Below, piece after piece: positions 60,546 to 64,000 of a stretch of DNA of 64,000 nt (positions are counted from its first letter, which is position 1; every line of letters begins with the position of its first letter). The stretch is from Leidyana gryllorum EB-2025a. Lineage: Eukaryota > Protista > Apicomplexa. The stretch covers positions 1,302,001 to 1,366,000 of the forward strand of contig JBLWGC010000230.1 of the NCBI GenBank assembly GCA_048772705.1, in the 5' to 3' direction. Below the pieces are notes generated by a model, which did not search any database, was not told where the DNA came from, and worked only from the letters and a program-made list of their open reading frames with translations. Position numbers and translations under genes: made by a program.

Positions 60546-61734
60546 TCTTGTACCATTCAGCAAACCTGGCTCACGCCTGCTAACACCTTGACACAGCGTT
60601 CCCACAGACTCCTTGTTGGCTCTTAGTACCTTCACACACCATCAATACCGGCTCCTTGCCCCTCTCAGCACTGTCGCACACCCTTCACACGGGGTTCACA
60701 GATCCCACTTCGCGCTTGATGATCTTGCGGTGCTCCATCATCCGCGGCGCAGCTTCGATTCCTCCGTCATTCATTCGATATGTGACAGGCTGAGTTGAGG
60801 AGGTTCTTTTTGAACTCCCTTGATGAGCTGCATTGGCGTTCACCCATGCAGTGTGGTCGACGACTCAATTGACGAGATCTTTGCTTGTCAGGCGAGCTAT
60901 CTTCATGCATATATCCTAATCGAGTTGGCAGGGCAACCGATAGTGGGCAGAAGGGAGGGCTCCATATTGTATTGACACCTAACTCAAAGGGTCTGGACAC
61001 GGGATTCATAAGGCATTGGTAGCCCCTTCACACCCCATCACTACAGGGTAAATAGCCTATCATACAAGGTTCATAAAGTCTCACTACAGGATCACTGGTG
61101 GCTATGTCGTTAAAAGGGTGCATTTGCCGCTCACGTTCTCCCCGCCCGAATTGCGGAGTGGTGACACCCTGTATCCCAATGTGGCGTGTTGCCAGTGTCG
61201 GAAAGAGGAGGGAAGTAGCCAGGGCCCCCGAGAGGTCCGAGAGTGCTCAGCTGTCGAGTCATCTCACTCATCGGCGTTGACGTCCTCGGTCAGTACGGCC
61301 GCATCACGAGATACTTGCAGAACCTACGTTGCCTCTTGGATTCAGCCTCTGCCGGAATCATCAAAATTATTATTGCGCTGTTACAAACTTCGGCCCACTC
61401 AAATCTCCACGGGCTGGCCGTCAACGACCGATTCGTTGAGAACGACAACTTCGCCGCAGCAAAAGCACCCTAGTCGCGTATCAAGACAAAAGGGCTGGCT
61501 TGATGCCACGGGTCCGCAGAAAAGATGCGCGCTGTACATCATGCAGTCGCAGCCTGAAGGGTTTTGGAGGCGCTAAAACATGGAGGTCAGAACGCATGTG
61601 CCGCCTTGTGTGAGTCCGAGATCTATTGATGCAAAATAGTTCGGATCTCCAATCTTGGAGATCCAGAGGTATCTTGGTGACGAATGACGTGAGTCATCGT
61701 GGCTGAGGAATGCGGCGTACAATGGCCGTCCCTT

Positions 61735-61915
61735 CAGTACAATCAGATCGAAGGCCACCAGGTCACAAACACTCCGTAGAGGTCTCTAATGTGACGCACT
61801 CCTCTAGTTTGTTGGTAATGAGGAACAGAAAGACTGTGATGACTAAGAGAGCCAAAGGACAGAATCGTCAAATGGCTGCTTTGTCATTCCCCGTTGGAGG
61901 AGGTATTGACAATTG
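61735..61915 (-). pseudogene. Decayed exon-1 fragment of the 4-TM family (copy C)
   Basis: Minus strand reads SIPPPTGNDKAAI*RFCPLALLVITVFLFLITNKLEE, then a frameshift before AFDLIV; TGG>TGA relative to copy D (KAAIWRFCPLAL). Confidence 0.8.
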
Positions 61916-62144
61916 ACAGATTTGGGAGTCAAGTCAGTCGCGTCCGGACTCAAATCGTTGACCGGATTCTAAAAGGGCTGTCATTTCGCGAAGCCCCGGA
62001 TCAAACGTCCAGATCGTTTGACTCAAATGTATACACGATGTACACTCATCTGGATCGGTTGGGACCAAAAATACCTATTTCTTGGCAGAAAGTCAAGCAG
62101 ACACGAAGGATCGTCACCGCCGGATTAGTTTGAGAACCTTTCGA

Positions 62145-62790
62145 TTAGGGCTCGGTGAGGCCATCATCGACATAGACAGATGGGCTCTTCTCCTCGAAGT
62201 CTTTGAAGCTCTTCCGTTCCCAGCCGTGGCCGCCAGCAGCCACGACTCTCTCCATACTTTTGATAGCCGTCAAATACCACCAGCTGAGACCGAGGTACAC
62301 ACACGCCCATACAGTGGACCAAAGGCACTGAAGCCAGATGATTCTCTCCAGACTCCTTCCGGCGAGATACCAGTTCGTGATGTCATAATGGCCGTATCGA
62401 ACATGAATGCGGAAACGTGTCCATTTGGTGATTACGGATGCAGTCTCTATGAAAATTGCCGCAAAAGCGCCTGAAGCATTGATTCATCAGTCAGGGGGAA
62501 AGCTGTGAGACATTTGCCTTCTCACCGTGTCGGAGGGCTCTGAGTCCGCCTCCCCATCTCGTGAGTGTTGAGATGAATCCCAGGACACCGATGCAGAACA
62601 CAATCAGATCAAAGGCCATTTGGTCGTAGAACACTCCCCAGAGGTGTTCATCCCACTCCAACCTGATATACTCCTCCACTTTGTTGCCAATGGGGACCAG
62701 AGAGACTATGAGTACGAACAGAGCCAAGGGACAGAAGCGCCAAATGGCTGCTTTGTGATCCGTCGGTGGAGGTACTGTGCACTCAAACAT
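62145..62790 (-). CDS. 4-TM membrane protein, GGxGWExK family, copy D (intron 62471..62525)
   Basis: MFECTVPPPTDHKAAIWRFCPLAL..; exon 2 (missing from the ORF track) reads GAFAAIFIETASVITKW..WWYLTAIKSMERVVAAGGHGWERKSF..GLTEP-stop. Confidence 0.85.
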
Positions 62791-63083
62791 TTTGGGGCAC
62801 CAAGCAGCCGATCTCGGAGGTCGCACGCTCAGCCAGCTGTGCACCCGAATTCGCCTCCCAATCAATCGAACAGACCTTTGACCCCAATCTGGAAGTCAGG
62901 TGTCCAAAATATTTCTTAGTCGGCTAACCTTCTCAAACTCCACGTCCAGACGCAGAACAGACGTGTTGGCAACGAAACTACAATGCAAACTCATCGGCAC
63001 AGTGTCAGTTGAGACCAAAAATGCCCATCTCGTCAAGCAAGTCATTGAGATACTTATGAATATCACCCGCGGTATATTTCCAG

Positions 63084-63738
63084 TCAGGGCTCGTTGAGCC
63101 CCTCATCGACATTGACAGATCGGCTCTTCTCCTCGAGCTGCTTGAAACTCTTCCGTTCCCAGCCGTGGCCGCCAGCAGCCACGACTCTCTCCATACTTTT
63201 GATAGCCGTCAAATACCACCAGCTGAGGCCGAGGTACACACACGCCCATACAGTGGACCAAATGCACTGGAGAAGAACTCTCTTCTCCAAATCTATGTCC
63301 TCCTGCTGCACCCAATTCCCGTTCTGGTCGTACCCCCAGCTAAAGTCGAGATACCCTTCTCGGATCGCATCCCCGTATAGGCCCCACTTGAACCATACGA
63401 CACCGATCTCGACCAATATGACAGCAATCGCCGCTGCATTGTAATTCACTGTGGAAAAAGAGTGTCTCCTCACCTTTTGGGAGAGCGCTGAGTCCAGCTT
63501 GCCACCGCCCAATCACTGAGACCAGTCCCATAACACCGACCAGAAAGACCATCACATCGAAAGTCTGAGTGGTCCAGAAGAAGGAAAACAGGTCGTCATC
63601 GTTGTAGAAATATGCGAACTCCTCCACTTTGTTGATAATGAGGAATAGAGAAACTGTCACGATGGCAAGCCCCAAAGGGCACTTTCCCCAGATAGCCGCT
63701 TTGTCGTTTCGAGTCGGGGGTATTGTGCATCGACACAT
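63084..63738 (-). CDS. 4-TM membrane protein, GGxGWExK family, copy E (intron 63434..63473)
   Basis: MCRCTIPPTRNDKAAIWGKCPLGL..NKVEE; WWYLTAIKSMERVVAAGGHGWERKSF. Confidence 0.87.
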
Positions 63739-63756
63739 TGGGAGTGGCAGACAAAA

Positions 63757-63834
63757 GTGAGTGAGTGAGTGAGTCGGTTTGTCTCACGCTTTTCACCCGA
63801 ATTCGCGTTCCAACCAATCAATCAATCAATCAAT
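63757..63834. repeat. (GTGA)n and (TCAA)n microsatellites upstream of copy E
   Basis: gtgagtgagtgagtgagt and caatcaatcaatcaatcaat. Confidence 0.7.
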
Positions 63835-64000
63835 CCCAGAGACCACCGTGAATTTCTGACGGCATCAAACGTCGGATCCTATAAGCTTCCTCTTTTTCCA
63901 GAGTTGGAGGTGGACCTCCCAAAGCTCCGTATCAGACGTCAAAACAGCTTTGTTGGTAACGAAAACACAATCAATGTACACTTGTCGGTGCAGTGCCGGT

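Noticed and set aside
61243-61473. LIGVDVLGQY resembling the C-terminus of a retroelement aspartyl protease
   Set aside because: No D(T/S)G catalytic motif, RT, integrase or LTRs nearby; too weak to call

Overview
Eukaryotic, extremely gene-dense DNA with short (about 40-57 nt) GT-AG introns and intergenic gaps of only tens of bases. A compact protist is likely; an apicomplexan/gregarine-like alveolate is my inference, not proven. About two thirds of the window (1-40771) is one giant gene. Its reading frame is already open at base 1, runs stop-free for 38.6 kb, and is spliced in frame through one 49-nt intron to the 38687-40771 ORF, giving at least 13,573 aa. I see no recognisable catalytic domain in it. 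It carries a degenerate Trp/Tyr-rich module in three or more copies, a nucleoporin-like SLFG/GLFG array, a poly-SIM-like cluster and many tandem peptide arrays. Next comes a tightly packed block: a secreted degenerate GH18-like protein, a 3CxxC zinc-finger protein, ESF1, a PP2C phosphatase, a CHB_HEX_C/Fn3-like protein, a GET2/CAML-like protein, RPL11, two hypotheticals and Sec24. The window ends with intronless orphans and an expanded family of about 4-TM proteins with a GGxGWExK motif (four genes and one pseudogene). All gene models were assembled by hand from splice signals and reading frames; no database search was run.
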